Shown: in pieces, positions 45,233-56,784 of the stretch
How positions within the stretch are numbered: position 1 is the first letter of the stretch
Layout: every line of letters starts with the position of its first letter
From: an uncultured Planctomycetota bacterium
GTDB taxonomy: Bacteria > Planctomycetota > Planctomycetia > Gemmatales > Gemmataceae
Length of the DNA stretch: 64,000 bases
Assembly: GCA_963849325.1 (NCBI GenBank)
Contig: CAWKHF010000003.1
Coordinates: forward strand, 64,001-128,000
Direction: 5' to 3'
Notes under the pieces: model-generated
The model's database searches: none
Told to the model about the DNA's origin: nothing
What the model saw: only the letters and a program-made list of their open reading frames with translations
Position numbers and translations under genes: made by a program

Positions 45233-46303
45233 CTACGAGAGTACGGGCAGCTCCCAGGTTGAGGCCGTGCGCGGTGGGAGCGGCGCGATGTCGGGATCGG
45301 CGTCGCCGACGCGGTCGTCGTGCCAGGTCAGCTCCAGGTCCTCGATCATCTGCAAATCGTCCTCGTTCGGTCGGCCGGCCGTGGCCAGGTAATTGCCGAT
45401 CAGGCCGCTCGTGCCGCCGACGTAGAAGATCCAGCTTTGCAGATCGCGCAGGTTCTTCTCACGGCCGCCGGCGATCTTCAAGTCCTGACGCGGCAGGATC
45501 AGACGCATGACGGCGATGATTTTGAGGATCTCCAAGGGCCGCAATCGCGGTGCATTCTCCAGCGGCGTGCCGGGGATGGGGAAGAGGAAATTCAGCGGCA
45601 CCACGTTGGGGTTGAGTTCCTTCAAGCTGAAGGCCAGGCTGACGCGGTCGTCGATGGATTCGCCCATGCCGAAGATGCAGCCGCAGCACGTCTCCAGACC
45701 GACGCGCTGGGCCAGCCGCACCGTCTCGACGCGCTCCTGCCAGGTGTGCGTCGTGACGATCTGCGGGTAAAACTCGCGCGACGTTTCCAGGTTGTGATTG
45801 ATGCGGCGGACGCCGGCGTCCTTGAGATCGCGGGCCTGCTCCTCGCTGAGCGTGCCGAGCGTGGCGCAGTGACAGATGCCGTCCACTTCCTTCATGGCCC
45901 GCACCGCTTCCATGATCTTCGGCCATTCGCGCTTGGTCGGACCTCGGCCGCTGTTGACGATGCCGAAGGCGCTGGCGCCGCGGTCGCGGGCGTCGGTACA
46001 CGCCTTCGCCACTTCCTCGCCGTCCATCATCGGATGGGCCGCGATGCCGGTGTCGAAGTGTCCGCTCTGGCGCAGAACTTGCAGTCCTCGCTGCAATTGC
46101 CGAACTTCGTCGGCAGGATGCTGCAAAAGGTCACGCGGTTGCCGTGGAAATGACGGCGGACCTTGTGAGCGGCGTAGAACAGGTCGTAAAGCTCCTCGCC
46201 TTCCAGGGCGAAGAGTTGGCGGGCTTCCGTCGCGCGTCAGATCGCCGCCGTCGATGATGCGACGGCTCAGCGACAGCAGGTCGGGCAGGTCGGCGGACGA
46301 CAT
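45233..46303 (-). CDS. bioB: Biotin synthase (compensating frameshifts ~46070 and ~46220)
   Basis: GNCSEDCKFC in the shifted frame; NHNLETS, CGCIFGMGE, VPLNFL..PGTP, AGGRE; upstream of bioF. Confidence 0.93.
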   Translation of the reverse strand: MSSADLPDLLSLSRRIIDGGDLTRDGSPPTLRPGRRGALRPVLRRSQGPPSFPRQPRDLLQHPADEVRQLQRGLQVLRQSGHFDTGIAAHPMMDGEEVAKACTDARDRGASAFGIVNSGRGPTKREWPKIMEAVRAMKEVDGICHCATLGTLSEEQARDLKDAGVRRINHNLETSREFYPQIVTTHTWQERVETVRLAQRVGLETCCGCIFGMGESIDDRVSLAFSLKELNPNVVPLNFLFPIPGTPLENAPRLRPLEILKIIAVMRLILPRQDLKIAGGREKNLRDLQSWIFYVGGTSGLIGNYLATAGRPNEDDLQMIEDLELTWHDDRVGDADPDIAPLPPRTASTWELPVLS

Positions 46304-46335
46304 GAAGCTTCTCCTGGGAGGACCAGAACGCCGCC

Positions 46336-46533
46336 TCAAGCCTTGCGGCTGGGCATACAGACGATCGACAGGACGATCAGGGCGTAGAGAATGGTCACGA
46401 CATAGGGCACCGCGGAAGTAGACTTTTCCGCCTTCTCTCCCTCGGCGGCGGGAGCCTGGGCATGCACGGCGGGGACCGCGAAGGCGAGGAGGAGGACCAG
46501 GGGGGTGAAGAAGCGGAGCCAGTGTCGCAGCAT
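46336..46533 (-). CDS. Small membrane/exported protein (65 aa)
   Basis: Signal peptide plus C-terminal TM segment ending CMPSRK; tightly packed in the operon. Confidence 0.6.
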   Translation of the reverse strand: MLRHWLRFFTPLVLLLAFAVPAVHAQAPAAEGEKAEKSTSAVPYVVTILYALIVLSIVCMPSRKA

Positions 46534-46545
46534 GATGTCGGACCT

Positions 46546-47260
46546 CTAGCCGGCGCGTCGGTGCATGAGTCGGCCTCCCCAGGCCAACAGCGAAAGGCGC
46601 GCGGGTTTGACGGGCGGAGGGGGTGCGGGCGGGGACGGCGGGAGCAACCTCGGGAGGCGCCGGCTCGGCGGCGATTTCGAGCTGTCGCTGGCGTCGGCGC
46701 TCCAGCAGAAACTGCACCAGGATGCCGGTGACGATTAACGACGCGCAGCCCCAGTTCAGCAGCGGGCCGTTCCGCTGCGTCCAGGCAACACTGTCGAGTC
46801 GGCCCAGTCGGTCGAGCAAGGCCAGGCCGCTGTACGCCATGAGCAGCGAACCGACCAGGCTGGCGAAGGTGGTGATCCAGAAACGGTACAGCAGCACGCC
46901 GGCCAAGCCGCCAATGAGAAAGACGGCGATCGGCTCATCCCAGCCCGGCGCGATGGCCTGCGTCAAACCCAGCGCCGCCACACCGCCGGCCGCGAAGAGC
47001 AAGATCCGCACCAGGGACAGGGCCAACGCTCCCGCCGAGATCGCCAGCAGCAGGCCGGCCACCAACGGCTGCATGCCGTACTGCTTGCCGTGGGCCAGGC
47101 CGAGCAATCCCGCCGCCAACGTCACGCTCATCGCCAGCCAAAAGCGATGCGTTCGGCCGCCGAGCATCCACAGGAGAACTCCGATCGCCAGCCCGGTGCC
47201 GCTGATGAAAGGCGAAAGGAAGCGCGCCTCCTCCAGAATGTCCGGCGCCAGCAACTGCAT
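46546..47260 (-). CDS. Multi-pass membrane protein (C-terminal frameshift)
   Basis: About seven hydrophobic segments from MQLLAPDIL. Confidence 0.7.
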
Positions 47261-47662
47261 GCGGCAAGCTCCCTCGAAGCGTCGGCCCCTCGCGGACCCG
47301 TGGATGTCGCCTTTCTGCCTCAATGGAGGGAAGTTAACGAGGGCGGGAAACCCTGTCAAGGTGGCTCGCGTTCGCGGGTGCATCGCTAGAAGGGCGAGGC
47401 GAGCGGTTTTTCCGAGCCGCGAGCATCAGCGCGCGGCCCATTCCCGCTCGCGGCTCGGAAATCGGAGGTACATCATTTGCAAGGAAAAGATTCGACGATG
47501 TGCTTGCGGTTGAGTTTCCGGCATTCCATACTAAACAGGGTTCCCTTTCGCCATCTCCGTTGGCGGGGGCCGACGCGGAGAGGTGAGAAACGCCCTGCCG
47601 GTTCGATGGAAGGACACTTCCGGTCGCTCCGTGGCCCAGAGTTTCCCCGAAGGAGGGGCGTC

Positions 47663-48379
47663 ATGGGGAGTAACGAGGAGACCTCGAGTCATTCACCGCC
47701 GCCCTTGCCGGAGATGATCGTCCGCACTCTGCGGCACGAGGTTGGCGACCTGCTGCAATCGGTTTATTCGGCAGTGGCCATTCTTCAGGAGCGACTGCCA
47801 CGGGAACCGATGTTGGAACGAACGATCCTGACGGACCTCCGTAGCCGGGCCGAGTCGTGCAAGCATGAACTCGATGCCGCCCACGATCTGATCTGCCCGC
47901 TCGCTCTGAACCTGGACTGGGTCGATCTGGGCGAAGTGTCGGGCAATCTGGCCACGTCCTTTTCCACACGCTATCCCAAGCTGGGCATCGTGTGTGAAGT
48001 GCCGCGGCCGCTTCTGGTTTGGGGAGACACGCAGCGGCTCGTCCAGGTAGGGACCCTCCTGATGCTGTCCTTTTGCCCGACGGCGCGGAGCAAGGTGTCG
48101 ATTGGCGCATTCACGGGCGGGGAAAACGTGGAATGGCGTTTCGCTCATGACGGGCCGGCGGCCAACGACGATCAGCTGAGCTGGCTCGCCGCTCCATTCA
48201 GTACGACCCGGCACGCCCGCTTCGGGCTTGCCCTGTCCTTCGCGCGCCGCGTCACGGAGTTGCATGGCGGGAGTGTCCGGGCCGGCACGAACGCGGAAGG
48301 GGGCTTCCAAATGGGTCTCGTCTTGCCGTCCGCTCCGTCCGGAAAGGACGGAGGACCGGCCGGGGCCGGGAGTTGGTGA
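47663..48379 (+). CDS. Sensor-less histidine kinase-like protein with degenerate ATP-binding boxes
   Basis: AGGAGG RBS; LRHEVGDLL H-box; APFSTT, FGLALSFARRVTELHGG; N-box Asn absent. Confidence 0.7.
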   Translation: MGSNEETSSHSPPPLPEMIVRTLRHEVGDLLQSVYSAVAILQERLPREPMLERTILTDLRSRAESCKHELDAAHDLICPLALNLDWVDLGEVSGNLATSFSTRYPKLGIVCEVPRPLLVWGDTQRLVQVGTLLMLSFCPTARSKVSIGAFTGGENVEWRFAHDGPAANDDQLSWLAAPFSTTRHARFGLALSFARRVTELHGGSVRAGTNAEGGFQMGLVLPSAPSGKDGGPAGAGSW

Positions 48380-48628
48380 AACCGCAGCGATTCTCCGTCC
48401 TCCCGGTTCGAGGAGGATGCGGAAGAATCCGTGCTTGTGCTGGCGTTCGACACGGCACCTGTTAAGCTGGAAGGGCAAAGGAACCAAGCCGTCGGCGGTT
48501 CGTTTCCCTGTAGTCCTTCAGAGTGTCCTTGGAGGCACGAACCGAATGTGGCGGCACGTTTGTAACGTGACGTACAATCCAACACGTTGAAAACGTGTTG
48601 CCACATTTTGTTAGGGTCTCTTGGCGTA

Positions 48629-48645
48629 CCGGCATCTGAATTGCC
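48629..48645 (+). promoter_or_regulatory. Putative sigma-54 -24/-12 promoter
   Basis: CCGGCATCTGAATTGCC (GG-N10-GC) about 80 nt upstream of the ANTAR regulator. Confidence 0.55.
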
Positions 48646-48721
48646 CTTCCTCAGCGCGGCGGGCCAGATGCACAACGGTTGTGTGACAAAGCCCGCTTCA
48701 GATTGTGAGGAGGTTGGCGTC

Positions 48722-49324
48722 ATGGAGCAGTCGGCATCCATGTTGGCGCCCTTGAAGATCGTGGTGGTCGAGGACGACGCCACCGTCCGCCTATTCTTGA
48801 AGGAGACCCTGGAGAAGCTGGGCCACGAGGTCATCGGCGAGGCCGCTACCGGCACGGACATGGTGCGAACCGTGCTGGAGATGGAACCGGATGTGGTGGT
48901 CTTCGACATCCATCTGCCGCGGCTCAACGGCCTGGACGCCCTGCGACAGATCTATCAGGAGCGCGTCGTCGCCGCCGTGGCGATCACGGCCGACCGCGAC
49001 CAGGAGCTAGTTCGCCGCGCTCTAGAAGAGCACGTACTGGCCTACCTGGTCAAGCCGGTCGAGGAACACCAGCTGGGGCCGGCCCTCATGATCGCCCAGG
49101 CCCAGTTCGCGGAGTTGCGCGAACTGAGTCAGGAGAACGCCTCGCTGCGGCAGGCGTTGCAGAACCGCAAAGTCATCGAGCGAGCCAAGGGCGTCCTCAT
49201 GAAACGCTACCGCTGGACGGAGGCGGAGGCCTTCCGCCGCCTCCAGCGCGGCGCCATGAATCGTCGCACTACCATGGTCGAACTGGCCCAGAACGTCCTC
49301 AACGGTATTGAGGTGAATCTTTGA
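48722..49324 (+). CDS. ANTAR-domain response regulator (PdtaR/EutV/NasT-like)
   Basis: REC domain (VVEDD, FDIHLP, YLVKP) plus RKVIERAKGVLM..EAEAFRRLQ. Confidence 0.92.
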   Translation: MEQSASMLAPLKIVVVEDDATVRLFLKETLEKLGHEVIGEAATGTDMVRTVLEMEPDVVVFDIHLPRLNGLDALRQIYQERVVAAVAITADRDQELVRRALEEHVLAYLVKPVEEHQLGPALMIAQAQFAELRELSQENASLRQALQNRKVIERAKGVLMKRYRWTEAEAFRRLQRGAMNRRTTMVELAQNVLNGIEVNL

Positions 49325-49337
49325 GAACGAGGCGGTG

Positions 49338-51312
49338 TTAGCGCTTGTCCCAGGTGATGGTGATGCGCGTCACGGGTTCCTCGACCCACAGGCGGACGAA
49401 GGGGATGGAGTCGGAGGGCAGTTCGGCGCGTTCGAGGCGAACGCTTTCGAGGTGGACACGGCTGGGAGCGACCCTCATGCCGGCCTGGTAATGGAGGCTG
49501 AGCATGACTTGACCCTTGCGCGTATCGGCATCGCCGCGCGACGGCACGACGTCGGCCAAGACGATGCGTTGGGAGTCGGCGCCGAGCCAGCGGGCCGAAC
49601 CGACGAGAGCGAAAGCGTGCGTGCGACGGAGCGCGAAGAGACAACCGGGCGGCTCCCCTGTGCGGCACGGGGGTAGTGTCGCCGTCCATTCGGCCTTGCT
49701 CCACTGCCGAAAGCGCTCGCGCGTTGCGGGCGACCAGCACACGACCCAGCCGATGTTGTAGCGCTCGCAGTAAACGCCCAGCTCGATCCTCCTTCCACTC
49801 CGCCAACGGCCGGCCCAGCAACACCTGGTCGGTCAGGCCGTTGGCGGTGTGCTCGATGCCGGCCTCCGGGTCCAGTCCACCGACGTAAGCCCGTTCCGTC
49901 AACAGCGGCAACAAGGCCGTCCAGTGAGCGTCCGAGGGCGTGCCGCGCCGGTCCTCCCACAAGATGCGCGCATCCGGCGTGGTGTGGGAACGCAGGATCT
50001 CCAGCAGCGCTTGCTGGTTTTCGTCGAGGCCCAACTGCAAGGGTGGAGTGCCGAGCAGTCGCGTTGCCCACTCCGCCAGCGCCGGCGGAGGGGATAATCC
50101 CAAGAGGACGGCAACCAGGGCGCCTGCGGCGAGACCGGCCCAGCGCGTACCGCGCCAACGACCGATCAGGCGGACGGCCGTGCTCAACGCATGCCCCGCC
50201 GGCAAGGCTGCGAACAGCAAGGCGGGGACGAGCAGATGATGGGCGCCCCATCGCCCCAGTGGTTCCCACGTCAGGCCGATGACGGACAGCAGCAGAAAAC
50301 TGCCCCAGGCCAGGCCGAGAAGACGGGCCGTCGCCCGCTGGCTGGTTTCGTTGTACAACAGCACGCCCGCCGCCGCCGCCGCCGCCAGGGCGCAGGCCAG
50401 CGCCTTGTCGATCGGCCCGCCCCACAACGGCGCCTCCCAGACCGAACGCAGCGTGTGGTGCGCCAGCAAAGGCGCATCGAGGTGCGTCGGCACGCGAATC
50501 CACCAGTAGCCGACCCAGTCGATCAGCCAAAAACCGTTGACGGCGATGGCGGCCAGCAAGCCGCTCAGCAGCGCCAGGTGCCAGGCCAGCCGGTGCCGCG
50601 TGCCGACACTGAGGTAGTAGACAAGGAACAAGGGCAGCAGCAGGACAAGCAAAAGCGGGTGAGCAAACCAACCGAGCAGGGCGGCAGCGACGACGCCCAG
50701 CCAGCTGAGCAGTCCGGGATCGTTGTGATAGCGGATCAGCAGCCCCGCCTGGGCCAGCACCAGCAAGGTGGCCAGCAACAAATCGACCTCACCCGACTCC
50801 AGGGCGTCGCGGCAAGGCTGGCCCCACCAGACGAGCAAGCCCAGCGCGCAGGCCAGGCACGCCGCCGCCCGACCCAGGCCGACGCTCCGCGCCGCCGCGA
50901 ACAAGAGCAGCGGAGCAAGGATACACACCAGGGCGACGCCAACCTTGTAGGCGGCGGGATAGTAACGGCCTCCGGCCACGGCCAGGATCAACTCGGCCGG
51001 CCGACTGCCGCTATCGAAGATCGGCGTCTTGGGATAGCCGGCGTGAAAGGTCGGATCGTAGCAGGACAGGTTGCCGTGCTCGTGCAAGGCCCGTGCGCCG
51101 AGGTAGCCGTGATACAGATGCAGCGGGTGCCGGCCGGACAGAATGGGGCGGTCGTCCAGCAAGCTCTCCCAGGGTCTTTCGCCGCCGAATAGGCGGAGCG
51201 TCATCCAGACCTGCCAGGCCAGTAAGGCCAGCAGAAGCAGCACCCAGGCCGGATGATCGCCAGCGCGCGTCCGAGGAGGATCGTCATTCCGTGACGGTAC
51301 AGGTCTTCCCAT
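49338..51312 (-). CDS. Large polytopic membrane protein, possibly GT-C-like (frameshift ~49785)
   Basis: Many TM segments; YDPTFHAGYP loop. Confidence 0.6.
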
Positions 51313-51425
51313 GAAGGGCGCATGGTAACGGCGGTGCGCCACGGCGACAAGGCGGGTTCCGGTCGCTTGCGGCTTGGCGGTGCGCGCTCAGTCGCACGCG
51401 GCTGCGAGGTGGCCGAACGCTCTTC

Positions 51426-51453
51426 TTGACAGCCTACCCCCCCCTGTTAGAAT
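51426..51453 (+). promoter_or_regulatory. Sigma-70-type promoter of the mcsA-mcsA-mcsB operon
   Basis: TTGACA-16 nt-TAGAAT with extended -10 TG. Confidence 0.7.
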
Positions 51454-51529
51454 GGCGCTAGGTTGACACCCAAGCCGGCCGCTCCTGGTGGCATTTCCTC
51501 TGGCCGCGTGTCCGGAGGCGGATCGAAAC

Positions 51530-52012
51530 ATGAAATGTCAGAAATGTCACAACGCCGCCACCTTGCACATCACCGAGGTCCTCGGCGAAGATCAGATCGA
51601 AGAACTGCACCTGTGCGAGAGTTGCGCCCACAAGCACCTGTACGAGCCGCAGCAGAAAGCCAGCGGCGGCAAGGCGGCGGCGTCCGGCTCGGGCGAGGAC
51701 GTCGAGGAGCCGGCCGTGCTCAATCGCCAGTGCGAGGTGTGCGGCATCAAGTTCGTCGACTTCCGCAACACCGGCCGGCTCGGCTGTCCGCACGATTACC
51801 AGGAATTTCGCGAGGAGCTAACTCCTCTTTTGGAGAACATCCACGGCGAGACGCGCCACTGCGGCAAGACGCCCCGCCGCCTGCCCCAGAGCAAGCAGAC
51901 GCAGTCGGAGTTGATCCAGCTGCGCAAGCAGTTGCTCCAGGCGGTCAACAAGGAAGCCTACGAGGAGGCCGCCCGACTCCGCGACCGCATCCGCCAGCTG
52001 GAAGAGAGCTGA
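51530..52012 (+). CDS. mcsA: McsA-like protein (CxxC motifs plus UVR domain), copy 1
   Basis: MKCQKC, LCESC, CEVC, GRLGCPHDY, EAYEEAARLRDRI. Confidence 0.88.
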   Translation: MKCQKCHNAATLHITEVLGEDQIEELHLCESCAHKHLYEPQQKASGGKAAASGSGEDVEEPAVLNRQCEVCGIKFVDFRNTGRLGCPHDYQEFREELTPLLENIHGETRHCGKTPRRLPQSKQTQSELIQLRKQLLQAVNKEAYEEAARLRDRIRQLEES

Positions 52013-52053
52013 ACCGCAACCGGCCGCTTGCGGCTTAGCGGAAGGAACCCAAC

Positions 52054-52541
52054 GTGAAGTGTCAGTTCTGTTCCAACCCGGCCACGGTGCATCTGACCGA
52101 CATCGTCGAACTGCAGAAGAAGGAGATGCACCTGTGCCAGAGCTGCGCCGAGCAGCATCAGCTGGTCCAGCAAGCAGGAGCTGAACCTGCCGGCCATCCT
52201 GCAGAACCTGATCGGCCAGCACCTCGGCCGCAGACCGACGAACTGTCCCGATTGACCTGTCCGGCGTGCGGCATAAAGTATATGGAGTTCCGCGCCGGGG
52301 CCGGCTCGGCTGCCCGCACGATTACGAGGTCTTCCGCGGCGGACTGGCCCCGCTGTTGCAGCGGATTCATCGCTCGGATCGGCACGTCGGCAAGACGCCG
52401 CACCGTTCCGTCCTTGCCCCGGAGCAGCAGGCGGAGCTGGTGGAGCTGCGCCGCCGCTTGCAGTCGGCCGTCGAGCCGAAGCGTACGAAGAGGCCGCCCG
52501 TTTACGAGACCTGCTCCGACGAAGAAGGAAGCCACGGATGA
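52054..52541 (+). CDS. mcsA: McsA-like protein, copy 2 (frameshifted)
   Basis: KCQFC, LCQSC, CPAC, GRLGCPHDY across frames. Confidence 0.8.
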
Positions 52542-53606
52542 ATCTGGATAGCCTGACTCATACCAGTGGCGAATGGCTGCGCGGCAGCGGGCCGGAGTCC
52601 GACATCGTCATCTCCAGCCGCATTCGCCTGGCCCGCAACCTGGCCGCTTTCCCCTTCACCAACCGCGCCAGCAGCGGACCAGAAGGCCGAGATCGAAGCG
52701 ATCCTGCGCGACCGCATCGCCAAGCTCGACTTCGAACCCAGGCTCGGCTACGTCAACGTCCCCACCCTGTCGACGCTGGACCGCCAGTTCCTGGTCGAGC
52801 GCCAGCTCATCAGCCGCGAGCTGGCCGCCGCCGACGGGCCGCGCGGCGTCGCCCTGGGGCCGCAGGAGACCGTCAGCCTGATGGTCAACGAGGAGGACCA
52901 CCTGCGCCTGCAGGTCATGCGCAGCGGCTTCACCCTCGACGAGGCCTGGCAGGAGATCGACCGCGTGGACGACCTGCTCGAGCAGCGCGTCACCTACGCC
53001 TTCAGCGAGGAGTTCGGCTACCTGACCGCCTGCCCGACCAACGTCGGCACCGGCATGCGCGCCAGCGTCATGCTGCACCTGCCGGCCCTGGAGCACACCA
53101 AGCAGATCGAGAAGGTCTTCCGCGCCTTGCAGAAGATCAACCTGGCGGTGCGCGGCCTGTACGGCGAGGGCAGCCGGGCGTCCGGCCACTTCTACCAGAT
53201 CTCCAACCAGGTGACGCTCGGCAAGAGCGAGACCGGCATCCTCAACGAGATCCACGGCGTCATTCCGCAGATCATCACCTACGAGCGCCAGGCGCGCACG
53301 AGCTGGCTGCGCGACAACCGCCAGGGCTTGCAGGACAAGATCTCGCGCGCCTACGGCACGCTCTGCTCGGCCACGATGATGACCTCGGAAGAGACGATGG
53401 AACTGCTCTCCTACGTCCGCCTGGGCATCAACCTGCGCCTGGTCGACGACATCACCATCCCGACGGTCAACGAGCTGTTCATCCACACGCAGCCGGCCCA
53501 CCTGCAAAAGCTGATGGGCACGTCGCTGGACGGCGAGGAGCGCAACGCCGCCCGCGCGCGCTATCTCCGCACGCGGCTCCGCGAGGCCGGGGCGCATCCG
53601 AATTAG
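52538..53606 (+). CDS. mcsB: Protein arginine kinase (frameshift ~52672)
   Basis: SSRIRLARN, NEEDH, CPTNVGTGMRAS, QISNQVTLG. Confidence 0.93.
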
Positions 53607-53678
53607 CCCCGGCTGTTTGCGGTTTCGCGCCGCCATTGCCGAAATCCATCGCCGCGCGGCCCCTCTCTTGAGGTTCCT

Positions 53679-56600
53679 ATGTATCAGGGGGCCGGCGATC
53701 CCCGCAGTGCCCAACGCTCGCTCGATAGTCCCGCCGGCTTCAGCCCGGAGGCCACGGCGCGCATCGTCCTCGCGCGCGTCCGCAAGTTGCTCGACGCTTT
53801 CGTGCTGGGAATGCCGGTCGAGTCCACGTCATCCGAGTCCCTCGCGGCTACGCTGAGCGATCCCGAGTTGGAGCGCGAACGTCTCTTCCTCCTCGGTTGG
53901 CTGCACTGGCTGAACGACGACCCGGCCGCCGCGGAGTCCTTGTTAGCCGAGGCGATGCGACGTGCTCGCGAGCCGAACGCGATCGAGACGCTGGCCGAGT
54001 CGGCGTACTGGTGTGCGCGCGTGCGTCTGTTGCTGGGACGAGCGGAGGCGCTGGCGGAGTTTGAGGGCGTGTTGCGCATGCTCGGCGGCTCGCCGCGGGC
54101 GACGGTATGGTTCGTCGATCTGCTCGGCCGCGCCGGCCGCGTCGATCGGGCGGAGCAGGTGTGGAAGTCGGTGCGCGGCAACCGGCGCGTGGCCGACTGT
54201 CCCGAGGCTCCCCTGCTCGAAGCGCGTTCGCTCCTGCGCCGCGGCGAGACGACGCCGGCCGAGCGACTGCTCCACGAGGCGGCTCCGGCCGCCGGCGTTG
54301 TGTGGGTCGAACGGCTCCTGTTGCTGGCCTGGATCGCCGCCAGTCAAAAACAGTTCGACCAGGCGCGCGGCCTGTTGCGGCAGGCGGAGAAGGGGCCGTA
54401 TCCATCGACGGCACTGCAAGCGTGGACGGCGAGGATCGAGCAGCGGGCCGGGGTTGAGCTATCCGCCGAGGAGGCCGCGCGGTACAGGCCGCCGTCGTTG
54501 CGGGAGTTCCTTAGCGGACAACAAGCGCGATTGGATGGACAATTGGAAGGGGCGATGGCGGCCTATCGTGCCGCGTTGGGCCATCCGGTCGCGCAGCCGT
54601 TCGCGCGCTACGCCCTGGCGTGCCTGGGGGAAGAGGACTTCGCCGCCTTGCTGGCAAGTCAACCGGGGTTGTTCCTCGCCGTGCGCTGCCGGGCGCGGTT
54701 GATGGGGGAGCGCTTTCGCCGCCGCGAGGTCAGCCCGGCGGAGTACCTCGACGCTCTCCAGAACGCCGCTGTCACCGGCTACCAGGATGCCGCCGCCGAA
54801 CACTTCCGCCGCCTCGCCACGGCCCTGCAACAGCGACAGCCCGACCCGACCTCCCTGCGCGAACTGGCCGCGCATCCGGCCACGGACGCCGTCGCTCGCA
54901 ACGCCTTCCGGGCCGCATTCGAGCTGACCGTGCGCCGATTGCCTGCCACGTCGGCCCGCGAACTGCTCCTCGAATGGTCGCAGCGCGAGGACGTGGACGA
55001 CGAGCTGCGCGGATTGGTGGGACGTCAGCTTCTGCGATTATTGTTGTTGACGGAGTCCGACGAGGAGGTTCGCGCGGCCGCCGAGCGCCTGCTGCCACCG
55101 GACGAACCGCTGCTGGTCCTGGCGAGCGGAAGGCGTCAGCCCCCGGTTGAAAATCAACAGGGGGCTGACGCCCCCCGCTCGCCGGCTGTGCGTCTATGGC
55201 AGGCCGCACAGGCCATCGCTCAGCAGATCCCAGGGCCGGAGCGCTGGCGCGATGAGGTAAGCCAACTGCGGTCGCACGCGCGCTGGAAGGGATTGGCCCA
55301 ATCGCTGCTTCTGCAAGACGCCGGGCAGCGCGGCGATGTCGCGGCCGTGTGGGCGCTGCTGGACGAGGCGGACGTCTGGCGCGGCTTGCGCGCGCCGCCG
55401 TCCTTTGTGCTGCGGACCCTGGAAAGTATCCTCGTCGCCCAGCCGGCCCATCCCGGTTGGCGGAACGGTCTGTCTCGCTGGCTGTCGTTATGGGACTTGG
55501 CCGCGCTCGGCCCGGCGGGGGCGAGGTTGGCGACGCACGCCGGTCGGACGACGGTGCGCGGCGACACGGTGGAACCGCCGCCGAGTGTCCCGGCAGTGCC
55601 CTGGCTCTTGCACCAGGCGGCGCGAGCGCTGGGCCGCGACGACGCCGTCGAAGCGCTCGTCTTCACGCGCCGCGCGCTCGCCCTCGATCCGGAACTCGCC
55701 ACCGTGCCCGTGGCGCGCGTGGTGCGCGAGGCCGTGCCGGAGCTGGAACATCGTGCCCGCGCCCAGCGCCTGGCCGCCGTCGCGTCCGCGGCGGACGAAA
55801 AGGACTCATCTCCCAGCAGCACGTTCGCTGGTGCCGTCGAGGCGCTGGCCGAGCTGCCCGAGGGAGCGGCGGTGCTCGACGCCCTGACGAACGGCGACCT
55901 CGACGCCGCTCGCGTCCGGCTCGATGCGCTGAGCGAACGGCCGCACTTGCCGCCGCGCCTGGCCCATCATCTCGCCCTGCTGATGCAGCGCGGCGCCGCC
56001 GGCCTGGAGGAACGCGAGGAGACCGACAGGGCCGAACCGTACTGGCGGCGGGCCTGGTTGTGCTGGCTGCGCTTTCTCACCACCGCCGAAGCCGACGCTC
56101 GGCGCATCGTTCTCGACGGACTTCTGCGACAACACCGTCATCGCGTCAACGACCTGTTGGCCCGCAATGCCGTCGATGCCGCTCGCCGCCATTGGGATCT
56201 CGTGCGTGAATCGCCGGTCCAGGCCGGCCCAATCGAGGACGGGCTGGGGCACGATCTGGCGGAGCGCGTCGAGCGGTTCCGCGAAGAACTGGCGACGGAG
56301 TATCTGTTGACCACGCGCGAGGCGATGCGCTTCGGGGTCATCCCGGAAGGATGTCGGGCCGACTACGAGAAGGGACTGGGCTACCTGCGCCGTCTGCTCA
56401 GCCTGGATCGCGACAACGTCCGCTTGCTGGCCGCTCTGGTCGAGATCTGCAACGACTGGTTTCTCGACCTATATCACCTGGGCGACGCGGCGGCGCTGCG
56501 GCGCAGGTTGAGCGCTTCACGCCGTTCGCCCTGCAGTTGGCGCGACGCATCGACGATCACCCCGGCGAGCTGTCGGCCCGCGCGGCCCTGTCGGATTTCT

Positions 56601-56728
56601 GGAAGTTTCGCGGCTTCCTCAGCCCCGACCGCGAGCACAAGATCGCTCTGTACCGCGAGGCGTTACGCTTCAACCCGGCCAACAACAACGTCCGCGACCT
56701 GCTGGCCAAACGAAGTGCTGAGTTCTGA
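53679..56728 (+). CDS. Large TPR-like helical protein (frameshift ~56505)
   Basis: About 1000 aa Ala/Leu/Arg-rich helical repeats; C-terminal ALYREALRFNPAN in the shifted frame. Confidence 0.65.
55121..55183. repeat. REP-like palindrome, family B, in frame inside a CDS
   Basis: GGCGAGCGGAAGGCGTCAGCCCCCGGTTG-aaaat-CAACAGGGGGCTGACGCCCCCCGCTCGCC, 63 nt. Confidence 0.88.
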
Positions 56729-56762
56729 GTTCTGAGTTCTGAGTGAAGACAGAACTCAGAAT
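56715..56762. repeat. Heptamer tandem array (GAGTTCT)n with a short inverted copy
   Basis: gtgctgagttctgagttctgagttctgagtgaagacagaactcagaat; same family as 34327-34408. Confidence 0.8.
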
Positions 56763-56784
56763 CCGCAAAGAGAGGACGTCACCG

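Noticed and set aside
45233-47383. 716-aa membrane protein-BioB fusion in the ORF track
   Set aside because: Artefact of frameshifts linking three separate genes, each with its own start and stop.
33060-53606. Frameshifts in argG, bioF, bioB, mcsB and others as programmed frameshifting or gene decay
   Set aside because: They are scattered single-base indels in otherwise conserved housekeeping genes, typical of long-read consensus error; reads are needed to confirm.
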